Below the pieces are notes generated by a model, which made no database searches, was not told the origin of the DNA, and worked only from the letters and a program-made list of their open reading frames with translations. Shown piece after piece: positions 19,121-29,305 of a stretch of 64,000 bases of DNA. Each line of letters starts with the position of its first letter. Position 1 is the stretch's first letter. The stretch is taken from the IMG/VR virus record IMGVR_UViG_3300046820_000975, positions 47,925-111,924 of that record; one strand, written 5' to 3'. This DNA is from a virus. The translations under genes and the position numbers were made by a program.

Positions 19121-19467
19121 TAACCAAAGGAAAAATCAAAATTTCAGTTTATGAAACTGAAGTGCAACTCATGGTTGTAGATTCAATGAGTGAATTGCAA
19201 GATTTGCTTATGAAAAAAGGTATTATGGTTCATGATGTAACTAATTGTGAAGGAATTACTTTAGGGTATAACAAAACGTATTTAGTTGTATTGGTTAAAG
19301 AACTTATTAGCCATAATCTAATTGCTCATGAATTGTTTCATTTAGCAACTATGGTTACAAAAGATATTGATATTGAGGATGAAGAATCTCAAGCGTGGTT
19401 GAATGGATACATAACAGAGCATGTGTACAAAATTTTGAACAAGAAAAATATAACAATCAAGTTATAA
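19117..19467 (+). CDS. Small zincin-like metallopeptidase domain protein
   Basis: IAHELFH followed by EESQAWL (third ligand); coupled by ATGA and TAATG overlaps. Confidence 0.7.
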   Translation: MITKGKIKISVYETEVQLMVVDSMSELQDLLMKKGIMVHDVTNCEGITLGYNKTYLVVLVKELISHNLIAHELFHLATMVTKDIDIEDEESQAWLNGYITEHVYKILNKKNITIKL

Positions 19468-22400
19468 TGAGTGACGAATTACAAAACGCTGGCACCAATA
19501 AGACCAATACCTTTACAGAAGGTATGGTCAAAGATACTGCTGATATTTATTTATCAGACAAAGTATGGACACATGCTGTCAATGCTATCAACAATACGCA
19601 TGTTGGTGAGACAGGTACATTAAGTAATGAATCAGCTAACTTTAAAACTGAAGAAGCTCCTTATACAATTATTGGTGCTGTTCATAAAACAGATACAGAA
19701 TGGATATTGTTTTCAACAAATGATATGGATTCTGAGATTGGTATTTATGATGAGCGTACAAGCACTTATACTCAAGTTGTAAATGATAGGTGTTTGGGAT
19801 TCAAACGTTCAAATATTATTACTGGTGTTTGTAAAGAAAACTACGATTGTACACGTTCTGTATATTGGCAAGATGGATTAAATCCTGATAGAGTTTTAAA
19901 TTTAAGTAGAGTACCTTATAAAATAATTGGAGATAGTGATCCATCTGAATGTGTGACTCCTATTTATTCTGATGAACTTGATTGTGATGCTTTACGTTTA
20001 CATCCATTAGTTGATCAACCATGTGTTACTATAAGAAAAGGAACTGGTGCTGGACAATTAAATAATGGTAGTTATATAGCTGTTGTTGCATATTCTGAGA
20101 ATGGTGTAAGATTAACAGATTATTCTGCACCAAGTCAACCACAAGCTTTGTGGGAACATGTTGGTATTGGAGGATCTTTGGATGTTAAAATAACAAACTT
20201 AGATACAAATTTTCATGAATTTGAATTAGTAATTGTTGCTGTAATTAATCAACAAACAATTGCTAAACGTATTGGTTATTACAGTATTGACCAATCAGAA
20301 ATACATTTAGATATTTTTGGTCAAGACTTACCAACTGTTGATTTAGCTCAAATTCCACTTAAGCATATTGTATATGAAAAGAGTGATAAGATATTTGAGT
20401 TAGGTGGGTACATGATTCGTACAGGTGTAACAACACAACCACAATTCAATTATCAACCTTTAGCAAATAATATACGCGTTAATTGGCATAGTGTAGAATA
20501 TCCAAAAGATTACTACTGGCATGGTGGAAATATCACTGGTTACATGCGTGATGAAGTTTATTCATTCTTTATACGCTGGGTGTATAATACTGGTGCAAGA
20601 AGTGCATCATACCATATTCCTGGAAGACCTAAAAACGCAAATGATTCTATTGCAGTAGGATCAACACCAGATAAAATTTCAGCAAATGAAACAGAACGTT
20701 GGCAAGTATACGATACCTCAACAGCTGGACTGGCTACAAATACCATTACCAAAGATGGTGGTCTTATTGTAGATGGAGGTCAAATGGGGTATTGGGAGAG
20801 TACAGAAAGATATCCAAATGATAAACCAGAAATCTGGGGTTCATTGTGTGGAGAACCAATACGTCATCACAAAATGCCATCAAATGAAACAACTCACATT
20901 CATAAAGGTAATAACATTTATATCCTTGGTGTTGAGTTTGTTAACATACAGCATCCATTAGATGAGAATGCAAATCCAATAAAAGATATTGTTGGGTATG
21001 AAATTTTGCGTGGTTCACGTGAAGGAAATAGAACTATTGTAGCCAAAGGTGTTTTCAATAACATTGTTCAGTATGACATGAATGGTAATCCACCAGCTGG
21101 TATGAAAGGATGTCATCAAAACTATCCATACAATGATTTGAGACCAGATAAATTCTTGACTCAAAACTATGCTTCTTTAGATGAAGGTACATCTGACTAT
21201 GGTAGAATTAATGGAGAATCTGATATTGATATATTTAAAGATTATCTTTTTAGTTTTCATTCTCCTGAAACAAACTTTGTACGTCCATACTTAGGTGGTA
21301 ATCATGTTAAAATTTATAGAGAAGAACGTGGTTATTCAGTTGGTGCATTTGAAGTACCATACAAACATCCAAAGAACAAGTTTATAACTAACGCTGTATT
21401 TGGTATGTCTGCATTAGTGTCTGTAGGTATTGCAGCATTAAATGCGGTTGGTAGTTCTACTACATCTGGTGGCCAATATATAGCTGCAGCACCTTATGGA
21501 GCTGGTACTGTACTTACTTCAGAAGGTTCTCGTCAGTCTGGTATTGCATCTTCTATTCCTGATTTAGTAAACGCCAGTTTTTTACAATCGCTAGGTATTT
21601 CATCTGCGGGTGGTACATTTGCTACAGCTGCTGCAGTAGCTACTGTTGTATTATCTTCTACCTATTATTTAGGTCAAGCAATGGATCTTGTATTAGATAT
21701 CTTTTACAAGATGATTCCACATCGTGATTATATGTTACAGTATAATTCACACGCACATTACGATTCATCTGCAGCACTTTCAAATTCTGCAGTTCCAAGC
21801 GGTATTAAACCTATGTATCGTAGAAACATACCATCTGGTTTAGCTAAGTATATTGGTTCTGGTGTTCAAGATTTTAGTCCAACTTACAGAGTTAACAATG
21901 TTAATCGTAACAAATTTGTTATGGTTCAAACTGCAAGCTCAATTCCAACACCAGCATTTTCAGATACCACAAGACAACGTCTAAGTGATGTTAGAGCAAC
22001 TAACAAACCATTTGAAAATTTTAGTCAACCTACATCTACTTATTATGGTGCAATAAAAGTTGATTTTCAAAATCAATATGGTCAGTTAACAAGCATTGTA
22101 CAATTACCAACTGACAGTTGTGTATTGGCTACTACACCAAATGGATTAATGCGTTTTAGATCAGGTGTTATATTTGGTGGAGATGTATACATAAATCGCT
22201 ATACAGAAAAGAATCCTTATTACTTCTTCAATAGTTGGTTGCAAGGTGAACCAAATGGTACAGAGTTTAATTATCGTAACTATGTTAATGGTCCAGCACC
22301 AAGATACTGGATAGATACTAATAAGTATGATATTACTGACTTAAACATAACATTACAGAACTGGCATTTAAACTTTGTCACTCCTTCTGACTTCCATAGA

Positions 22401-24119
22401 TTAGATAACAAAGATGCATTTAGAGGTGTATTTAGTGTGCGTAACTCTTATGCTTATTTGTTTTATAATGGTGTACGTGACTTCTATACAGAAAGTGAAT
22501 TAAACTTAGCGTATAGAGATTATGGTGAACCTGATACAGAAAAGTTTTATGATGTTTATGGAGGATCATTTGCTGATCTTTCTACAATGTTTAGATCTGA
22601 CAAAATTACATCTGCAATACAATATAAATATGATTTATCACTTTCATCCAGCAAGTTATTCTCTAACTTTGCATCTTGGGGATCAATCTTACCACGTGAC
22701 TACGACCCTGAAATCTACAGCACATGTTTTGAGTATTACCCTAAACGAGCAATCTACTCTTTACAACATCAGTCAGGGTTAAAGCGTGATAACTGGAGAA
22801 ACTATTTACCACTCAACTACAAAGATTTCAGTGGTAAAATTTCCACAATCAAAGCCTTAAATGCTCAAGGTGCTATTATATTATTTGAAGATGCAGAACC
22901 AGTACAATTTGCTGGTGTTGACCAACTTCAAACTAAATCTGGTACTAAGTTTACAATTGGTGATGGTGGATTGTTCCAGCAAAATATGCAAAGTATTGTA
23001 AATGCTGATGATTCGTTAGAGTATGGCTCATGTACCTCATCAAGATCTGCAGTAAATACACCATTTGGTTTATTCTACATATCTCAAAAACTAGGTAAGA
23101 TCATGCACTACACTGGTGGTGGATTGGATGAAATTTCACGTAATGGTCTTAAGTACTGGTTTACAAACCACTTACCAAGTAAGTTGTTACAAGCTGCAGG
23201 TGATTATAAATTGTATGACAATCCAGTATTTGGTATTGGTTGTCAAGCAATGTATGACCAACAATTTGAATTAGTATACTTTACTAAGAAGGATTACATA
23301 CCATTACGCGATGATTTGTATTACAACGATCCTACAGGTATTCCTTATTACATGGTGGAAGGAATTAAAAACTATGTTCAATTCTCTAATAAAGAATTCT
23401 TTAAACCTTGTAGTTGGACAGTAAGTTATGATCCAAAATCTAAAGCTTGGGTTAGTTTTCACTCATGGGTTCCTGATTTATTTATACCAGCGTATAGTCA
23501 TTTCTTTACAACAAAAGACAATGGTATTTGGAAACACAATAGTATGTGGAACAAATACTGTGAATATTATGGTGTACAGTATCCTTGGGAAGTTGAATTA
23601 CCAGTAATAACACCTGGTGCAATAACAACTCTCAGAAGTGTAGAATATTGGATGGATGCATATAAATACACAAATGCTGGCCAAGATTATAAACATATTT
23701 TAGATTATAATTTTGACACTGCAATTATTCATAATTCTGAGCAAATATCTGGAATTTTAAAGTTAAATTTGAAATCTAAAAATAACCCAGGTCAACAGAT
23801 ACAATATCCATTGGTAGGGTTATATGGGACTGATATCTTAGTAAGTAAAGAAGAGAATAAATATCGCTTCAATACATTCTGGGATGTTACAAATAATAGA
23901 GGAGAGTTTAACTATAATGAGACACCAATGTGGATTACTAGCTGCAATGGTTACCAACGTACGATAAATCCTTCGTATATTAATTATAACAAGTCACCTT
24001 TTGAACGTAAAAAGTTTAGACATTATGGTAATAGAATTGTATTACGCAAAAATGGTGTGATGGATGTTAAAATGATACTTAAATTACATACAACTAAACT
24101 TCTTCAAAGTCCACGATAA
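19467..24119 (+). CDS. Tail stabilisation / muzzle (nozzle) protein
   Basis: About 1550 aa, beta-rich. N-terminal F..GM.KD, GYMRDEVYSF, FGGDVYI and WTVSY...W.SFHSW.P motifs. The ATG at 19467 overlaps the upstream TAA. Confidence 0.8.
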   Translation: MSDELQNAGTNKTNTFTEGMVKDTADIYLSDKVWTHAVNAINNTHVGETGTLSNESANFKTEEAPYTIIGAVHKTDTEWILFSTNDMDSEIGIYDERTSTYTQVVNDRCLGFKRSNIITGVCKENYDCTRSVYWQDGLNPDRVLNLSRVPYKIIGDSDPSECVTPIYSDELDCDALRLHPLVDQPCVTIRKGTGAGQLNNGSYIAVVAYSENGVRLTDYSAPSQPQALWEHVGIGGSLDVKITNLDTNFHEFELVIVAVINQQTIAKRIGYYSIDQSEIHLDIFGQDLPTVDLAQIPLKHIVYEKSDKIFELGGYMIRTGVTTQPQFNYQPLANNIRVNWHSVEYPKDYYWHGGNITGYMRDEVYSFFIRWVYNTGARSASYHIPGRPKNANDSIAVGSTPDKISANETERWQVYDTSTAGLATNTITKDGGLIVDGGQMGYWESTERYPNDKPEIWGSLCGEPIRHHKMPSNETTHIHKGNNIYILGVEFVNIQHPLDENANPIKDIVGYEILRGSREGNRTIVAKGVFNNIVQYDMNGNPPAGMKGCHQNYPYNDLRPDKFLTQNYASLDEGTSDYGRINGESDIDIFKDYLFSFHSPETNFVRPYLGGNHVKIYREERGYSVGAFEVPYKHPKNKFITNAVFGMSALVSVGIAALNAVGSSTTSGGQYIAAAPYGAGTVLTSEGSRQSGIASSIPDLVNASFLQSLGISSAGGTFATAAAVATVVLSSTYYLGQAMDLVLDIFYKMIPHRDYMLQYNSHAHYDSSAALSNSAVPSGIKPMYRRNIPSGLAKYIGSGVQDFSPTYRVNNVNRNKFVMVQTASSIPTPAFSDTTRQRLSDVRATNKPFENFSQPTSTYYGAIKVDFQNQYGQLTSIVQLPTDSCVLATTPNGLMRFRSGVIFGGDVYINRYTEKNPYYFFNSWLQGEPNGTEFNYRNYVNGPAPRYWIDTNKYDITDLNITLQNWHLNFVTPSDFHRLDNKDAFRGVFSVRNSYAYLFYNGVRDFYTESELNLAYRDYGEPDTEKFYDVYGGSFADLSTMFRSDKITSAIQYKYDLSLSSSKLFSNFASWGSILPRDYDPEIYSTCFEYYPKRAIYSLQHQSGLKRDNWRNYLPLNYKDFSGKISTIKALNAQGAIILFEDAEPVQFAGVDQLQTKSGTKFTIGDGGLFQQNMQSIVNADDSLEYGSCTSSRSAVNTPFGLFYISQKLGKIMHYTGGGLDEISRNGLKYWFTNHLPSKLLQAAGDYKLYDNPVFGIGCQAMYDQQFELVYFTKKDYIPLRDDLYYNDPTGIPYYMVEGIKNYVQFSNKEFFKPCSWTVSYDPKSKAWVSFHSWVPDLFIPAYSHFFTTKDNGIWKHNSMWNKYCEYYGVQYPWEVELPVITPGAITTLRSVEYWMDAYKYTNAGQDYKHILDYNFDTAIIHNSEQISGILKLNLKSKNNPGQQIQYPLVGLYGTDILVSKEENKYRFNTFWDVTNNRGEFNYNETPMWITSCNGYQRTINPSYINYNKSPFERKKFRHYGNRIVLRKNGVMDVKMILKLHTTKLLQSPR

Positions 24120-26425
24120 TGGCACAAAATAGAGATATACTACTGAATTTTATCTTGTCTCAACGTCAGAGAATTGAGCCAGATCCTGCAAGACAAATGT
24201 TCCAGGTGGCTGGTACATCTGTGCGTCCAACAACAGCTAACAACATGATGCAGAGTGCTGTTGCAAACGTAGCTAAACAAAAACAAGCTCAAGCTCAAGC
24301 ACAAGCTCAGGCTGCAGCTGCGCAAGCAGCACATGAAGCTGAATTGGAAAGATTGCGTACTCAGTATGGTCAACAAGCAGCATCACGTATGACATCTGCT
24401 CAAGTAGCTCAAGCTAACAGAATGAGTCAACAAGCTGCTGCTGCACCACAAGCAACTGTAGCGCAAACTCAAACTCCTACAACAGTACAACAAATTCAAA
24501 ATTTTGCTACTCACCCATTGCAATCAATGACAGGTCGTGAGAATAATTTTGATATGTTGGCAGGTATTCCAGGTTATATAGCAACGGTAGCAGCTCCAAA
24601 TACTGCATACAATTTAACAGTTGGATTGCCTGATACTGCAGCAGATATTGCCAATGCAACAATTGGTGCTTCAGGAGAACTTTTAACTGGGCAACCTATT
24701 TCGCCAGAAACAAAACTTGCTGCATATAATACAGCTAATCGTTTATTAGATGCATCAGCAGTTTTACCTGTTGGTAAAGCTATTCAACCTGTAATGAAAG
24801 TATTTGGTCCTACAATGGAAGAAGTTGCAATGGCAGGAAAACATATATTACATTCAGGTGTAGGTCAAGTTGCAGAACAAGCTGCACACAAAGCTGCACA
24901 TAAGGCTGTTCACCATCAAGTTGAACATTTGGCTGACCATGGCGCAGATCAAAATGCCAATCAAACTCATCAATATACACAAAATATGAATAACTCATAT
25001 GAAAATCCATCACATGCTTATGGTGGTTTAATGAAATTTTTAGTAGGTGGAAGTAAAATTCATATTGATCCATCAAAGAAGGGAACGTTTACTGCTCAAG
25101 CTACTCGTATGAATATGGGTATCCAAGAAGCTGCTAGACATATTATGGCTAACAAAGAAGATTATTCACCTGAAATGGTTAAGAAAGCTGTGTTTGCACA
25201 TAACTTTGCAAAACAAATGGGTGGGTCATTAGAACAATATGGTTATGCAGGTGAAGTTTCTCCTAATGCACCTATTGATTTTAGTAACTATGTACCAGCT
25301 GCAAATAATACATATATAGATAGAAGTGGTGCAGGTCAACCTATGCAGATTGTTAATGGTGCACTTCAATATGTTCCACAACCACAAATCAAACCTGCTG
25401 CTACTCCTACAGTTAATGGTAGACAAATTACAGGATATACATATGATGGTACACCATTGTATAAACATGACATGGGTGGATTAGCTAAGTTTATAGCAAT
25501 GTATCCATTGCAAAAATTTGATATTGGTGGATATACTCCTGATGAACCAGGATTTGCTCCAAACATGTTTCCTGCAAGAACAACAAGATCAGTACATACA
25601 GATCCTGAAGTAGCTGCTCAAGCAGCTCGTCAACGTGTACAACAAACTACAGTACATGAACCAGCTAATGTTAATTGGTATGTTCCACAAGAAGGACAAT
25701 ATCCTCAAGCACAAATAAGTCAAGCTGGTTATCCTCAAGCTGTATATGCTCCTACTCAAAGATTTGCTCCTATAGGTAACATGCCTGCAGAAGCAATGTC
25801 TGATCAAGCTCAAATGATGAAATGGCTTGCTGCAAATCCAGGAGTATCTGGATTTACTGCTGCTTATCCTAATGGAGCACCTGCTCCAACACCTGGTAGT
25901 GTTACATATCCTATTACTGGAGGTGAAGATAAAGTAACGCCTTATAATGGAGGTGATTTACCTACAGTTGTTAAATCTGCGGTGCGTCCTTCAAAAGCTG
26001 ATCCATTTGGTAATGGTTTAACAAAAGATGATGTTAAGAAAGTTCAACGTGAACTTATTGCTTCTGGTATTTTGGAACCATCGGGTAAGAAATTTGCTAA
26101 TGGAGAAGATCGCGAAGTTGACGGCATGTGGGGTCCTAAAACTCAAGCAGCGTATGAAAAGTATATTGCTAAAAAGAATTTAGAAAGTATGGAACTTATG
26201 CCTGAAAGATGGAATACTCCTTCCATGGAACAATATGTACCAGGGCAAATTCCAACACAAGCTCCAGCTGAACCATCACCAATGCCTCAACGTTATGCAG
26301 GTATGGATATTCAACCACGTCGTACTGGTAGTGCTTTAAAAACTGAAAAGCGTGGCAAAGATGAAAAAGCTTATGGTGGATACAGTGGATATGGATTTGC
26401 TAAATGGTTAGATCAATTTAAATAA
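24119..26425 (+). CDS. Internal virion/cargo protein, modular, with a C-terminal peptidoglycan-binding domain
   Basis: Q/A/P-rich; GG-motif linkers; DVKKVQREL...VDGMWGPKTQAAY matches the PG_binding_1 pattern. Confidence 0.6.
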   Translation: MAQNRDILLNFILSQRQRIEPDPARQMFQVAGTSVRPTTANNMMQSAVANVAKQKQAQAQAQAQAAAAQAAHEAELERLRTQYGQQAASRMTSAQVAQANRMSQQAAAAPQATVAQTQTPTTVQQIQNFATHPLQSMTGRENNFDMLAGIPGYIATVAAPNTAYNLTVGLPDTAADIANATIGASGELLTGQPISPETKLAAYNTANRLLDASAVLPVGKAIQPVMKVFGPTMEEVAMAGKHILHSGVGQVAEQAAHKAAHKAVHHQVEHLADHGADQNANQTHQYTQNMNNSYENPSHAYGGLMKFLVGGSKIHIDPSKKGTFTAQATRMNMGIQEAARHIMANKEDYSPEMVKKAVFAHNFAKQMGGSLEQYGYAGEVSPNAPIDFSNYVPAANNTYIDRSGAGQPMQIVNGALQYVPQPQIKPAATPTVNGRQITGYTYDGTPLYKHDMGGLAKFIAMYPLQKFDIGGYTPDEPGFAPNMFPARTTRSVHTDPEVAAQAARQRVQQTTVHEPANVNWYVPQEGQYPQAQISQAGYPQAVYAPTQRFAPIGNMPAEAMSDQAQMMKWLAANPGVSGFTAAYPNGAPAPTPGSVTYPITGGEDKVTPYNGGDLPTVVKSAVRPSKADPFGNGLTKDDVKKVQRELIASGILEPSGKKFANGEDREVDGMWGPKTQAAYEKYIAKKNLESMELMPERWNTPSMEQYVPGQIPTQAPAEPSPMPQRYAGMDIQPRRTGSALKTEKRGKDEKAYGGYSGYGFAKWLDQFK

Positions 26426-26431
26426 ACCAAT

Positions 26432-29290
26432 ATGATAGACAGTTTTTTAAGAATTGCGGGTGTAAAAAGTGAAGCTGAATTTTACAAAAAATACCCAACA
26501 CAGGAATCTTTTTTTGAAGATCATCCTGAAGCTATTGAATTGTCTAAACATGAAATAGGAGGACAGTTTAGAATTAGAGATACTGAAACAAACCCTATGA
26601 TGTTAAAGGCTGCTGAAGGATTTCAAATGCCTGGTTATACACCACAAGAAGGTGATAACATTTATACACAAACATCACAACATACTCTTGCTGATTTAAA
26701 AAACAGTGATTGGAACAAAGGTCTTGCTACTATTAACAGCTTGGGTAACTATAACAATATGTTAGGTCAGTTACCTGACAAAGGTTTATTTGGTAAAATT
26801 AAAGCTGGCGCTGGTATTGCTGCTGGTGCTTCAGGTGCCATATTAGGATATGAAAAAATGTTCAATCCTAATAAAACAACTACAAACACTTTAGTTAATA
26901 CAAATACTGGTGAATTTGGTTCAGCTGAAGATGTTATTAAACAACGTGCTAAAACTGCTAAAGAAAAAGAAGTTAGTACTGCGTTAGGTGTACACCCTCC
27001 AATGGTTGCACAGAATAATGAATTTTCATTTCCTAATTTTGCACCTGGTACTCCTGAGTTTAATAACTTTGCAACAAATGGTTTTCAAGGTTTAGGAGCA
27101 AAAACATCTCCTACTAAACCTACAGTTGCTAGTGGTCCAACTAATACTGCTCCTGTTCAACCAACAACATCTACTGCACCAGGTTCAACCATGAAAGCTA
27201 CTGGTTCTGGTATGCAATCAATGTATAATCAAAATGAAATTGATCAACAGTTAGGTTTAACAACTAATCAGTATGGTGGATTAACCAAGTTTTTACCTGA
27301 TGAAGCATACACAGATGAATACCCAATGATGGCAAAAGGTGGGTATACTGTAACAAGAAGTCATGATCGTAAAGGTAAAACTCACAAAGTAACAGGACCT
27401 GATGGAACTGTTAAGTACTTTGGTGATTCTAAGTTAGGACAACATCCTAATGATCCTGCAAGAAAGAAAGCTTTTTATGCTAGACATAAACATAACTTAG
27501 AAAAAAATCCTTATTTCAGAGCATTTGCTAGAGCTACTTGGGAAGAAGGTGGTGAAGTTAATGAAATGAAACATGGTGGTGAAATGATACGTAGAGCAGA
27601 TGGTAGTTATTCACAAAGAGGATTATGGGATAATATTAGAGCCAATGCAGGTTCTGGTAAAAAGCCTAGCAAAGAGATGTTAGAACAAGAAGCAAAGATA
27701 AAAGCTGCTTATGGTGGATTAATGAGATTTGAAGAAGGAGGCGCAGGTAATACAAATCAACCTGTTACACAAACAAAACAAATATCAGGAACTACACAGG
27801 CTATACCTGGTCAACAAGCATCTTATAATGCAACTATTACTCCAGGTAATCAAAATACAGGAAATACTGTAAATGCTTTAAATACTTCTGCTACTGTTGG
27901 TAATAATAATTATTCAGTAACAGGTAATGCTAATGTTGCAAATGATAGATTAGCAGATTATGGTGTAAATGCAAATGTAAACAAAGGTAATTTTAGTGGA
28001 GGTGCTAGTTATAACACTACAACTCAACCAGGAAGTCCAGATAAATATACTGCAAATGCTGCTTATAATTCTCCATCAGGTTTAAACATAAATGGTTCTC
28101 TCAATGGAACAACTGCTACTGGTGTCAATGATGTAAATCTTGGAGCTTCTTACAATAAAAATAATGTACAAGCACAAGCACAATATACTAGAAATTTAAA
28201 TACACCTGGTGCTTATAATTATACAGGTTCTGTTGGATATGGTACACCTAAGATGAATATAACTGGTAATGTTAGTGGTAATAATAATGCACCAGTAAGT
28301 TCATATGGTGTAACAGCTGGATATTCACCAGCTCCTGGTGTAACAGCTACTGCAAATTATACACATAATGTAGGATCAAGTCCAGAACAACCAGCTAACT
28401 CTGCCAATGTTGGAATGCGTTATAATGTTCCAAGTTCTACACCAAGACAACAACCAAAAACATTTACAAATGCTGTACCTGCTCCTGATCCATTTTTGTC
28501 TTCAACACAACAACAAAAATTTGGAGGATTGATGAAATTTGTAAATGGTGGTGAACCTACGTTTAAACAATGGTTTGCAGAAAATGCAGGCAGACCTGAT
28601 GTAATGAGTAATGTTGGTAATTACCAAGCATTGCAACGTATGTTTTTAGATGAGAACCCTATGGCTCAAACAGCTCAGGGTGCATATGGTCCAACAAACA
28701 ATGGGATGTTCAGTAATGAACCTGCGCAATCAGCATTATCTGCACCAATGCAATCACAATATACTGGTAGAAATGCAGGTACACGTTCTGGTATGGCGTC
28801 TGTATATAATACTAATCAACAAACAGATTGGACAGATCCTGCAATAGCTGGTGCTAATACAGCAAATGTAGCACCAACAGCTAACCAATTAAAATTCCAA
28901 CAGTTTGCAAACAAGTCTATCAAACGTGGAGATGATTCAGGAACAATTGCTGCTAATAATGCATTGCAAGGTTTAGGTATGGCTAGCTCAGCTTTAGGTA
29001 CCATGGATAAAGAAGCAGAGTACAATAAAAGATTGCGTGAAATTGGTAATACAAATTTCTCTACACAACCTTCAAATCCAACAAATCCATTTGGTAATTA
29101 TACACTAAATGCTGGTCCTGCATCTAACTTTGGTTTAGTAGCAAACACTCCAATACAAGATATTGGTACTAGTGGAATTGCTGCAAAATATGGTGGATCT
29201 AAAATGTATAGAGAAGGTGGTACATATTTATTGTCACCTGAAGAAGTTCGTAACATTTTAGCTAATGGTGGTGAAGTAGAGTTCATATAA
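26432..29290 (+). CDS. Internal virion/cargo protein, modular (basic modules plus a beta-barrel-like domain)
   Basis: N-terminal SEAEFYKKYP..ESFF motif; about 12 GG motifs; Asn/Gly/Tyr-rich amphipathic strand region; ends ILANGGEVEFI. Confidence 0.6.
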   Translation: MIDSFLRIAGVKSEAEFYKKYPTQESFFEDHPEAIELSKHEIGGQFRIRDTETNPMMLKAAEGFQMPGYTPQEGDNIYTQTSQHTLADLKNSDWNKGLATINSLGNYNNMLGQLPDKGLFGKIKAGAGIAAGASGAILGYEKMFNPNKTTTNTLVNTNTGEFGSAEDVIKQRAKTAKEKEVSTALGVHPPMVAQNNEFSFPNFAPGTPEFNNFATNGFQGLGAKTSPTKPTVASGPTNTAPVQPTTSTAPGSTMKATGSGMQSMYNQNEIDQQLGLTTNQYGGLTKFLPDEAYTDEYPMMAKGGYTVTRSHDRKGKTHKVTGPDGTVKYFGDSKLGQHPNDPARKKAFYARHKHNLEKNPYFRAFARATWEEGGEVNEMKHGGEMIRRADGSYSQRGLWDNIRANAGSGKKPSKEMLEQEAKIKAAYGGLMRFEEGGAGNTNQPVTQTKQISGTTQAIPGQQASYNATITPGNQNTGNTVNALNTSATVGNNNYSVTGNANVANDRLADYGVNANVNKGNFSGGASYNTTTQPGSPDKYTANAAYNSPSGLNINGSLNGTTATGVNDVNLGASYNKNNVQAQAQYTRNLNTPGAYNYTGSVGYGTPKMNITGNVSGNNNAPVSSYGVTAGYSPAPGVTATANYTHNVGSSPEQPANSANVGMRYNVPSSTPRQQPKTFTNAVPAPDPFLSSTQQQKFGGLMKFVNGGEPTFKQWFAENAGRPDVMSNVGNYQALQRMFLDENPMAQTAQGAYGPTNNGMFSNEPAQSALSAPMQSQYTGRNAGTRSGMASVYNTNQQTDWTDPAIAGANTANVAPTANQLKFQQFANKSIKRGDDSGTIAANNALQGLGMASSALGTMDKEAEYNKRLREIGNTNFSTQPSNPTNPFGNYTLNAGPASNFGLVANTPIQDIGTSGIAAKYGGSKMYREGGTYLLSPEEVRNILANGGEVEFI

Positions 29291-29305
29291 GAAACTGCAC
29301 TTAAT

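Noticed and set aside
19395-19466. GTG start for the muzzle gene
   Set aside because: It would overlap the zincin gene by about 70 nt; TAATG coupling at 19467 fits better.
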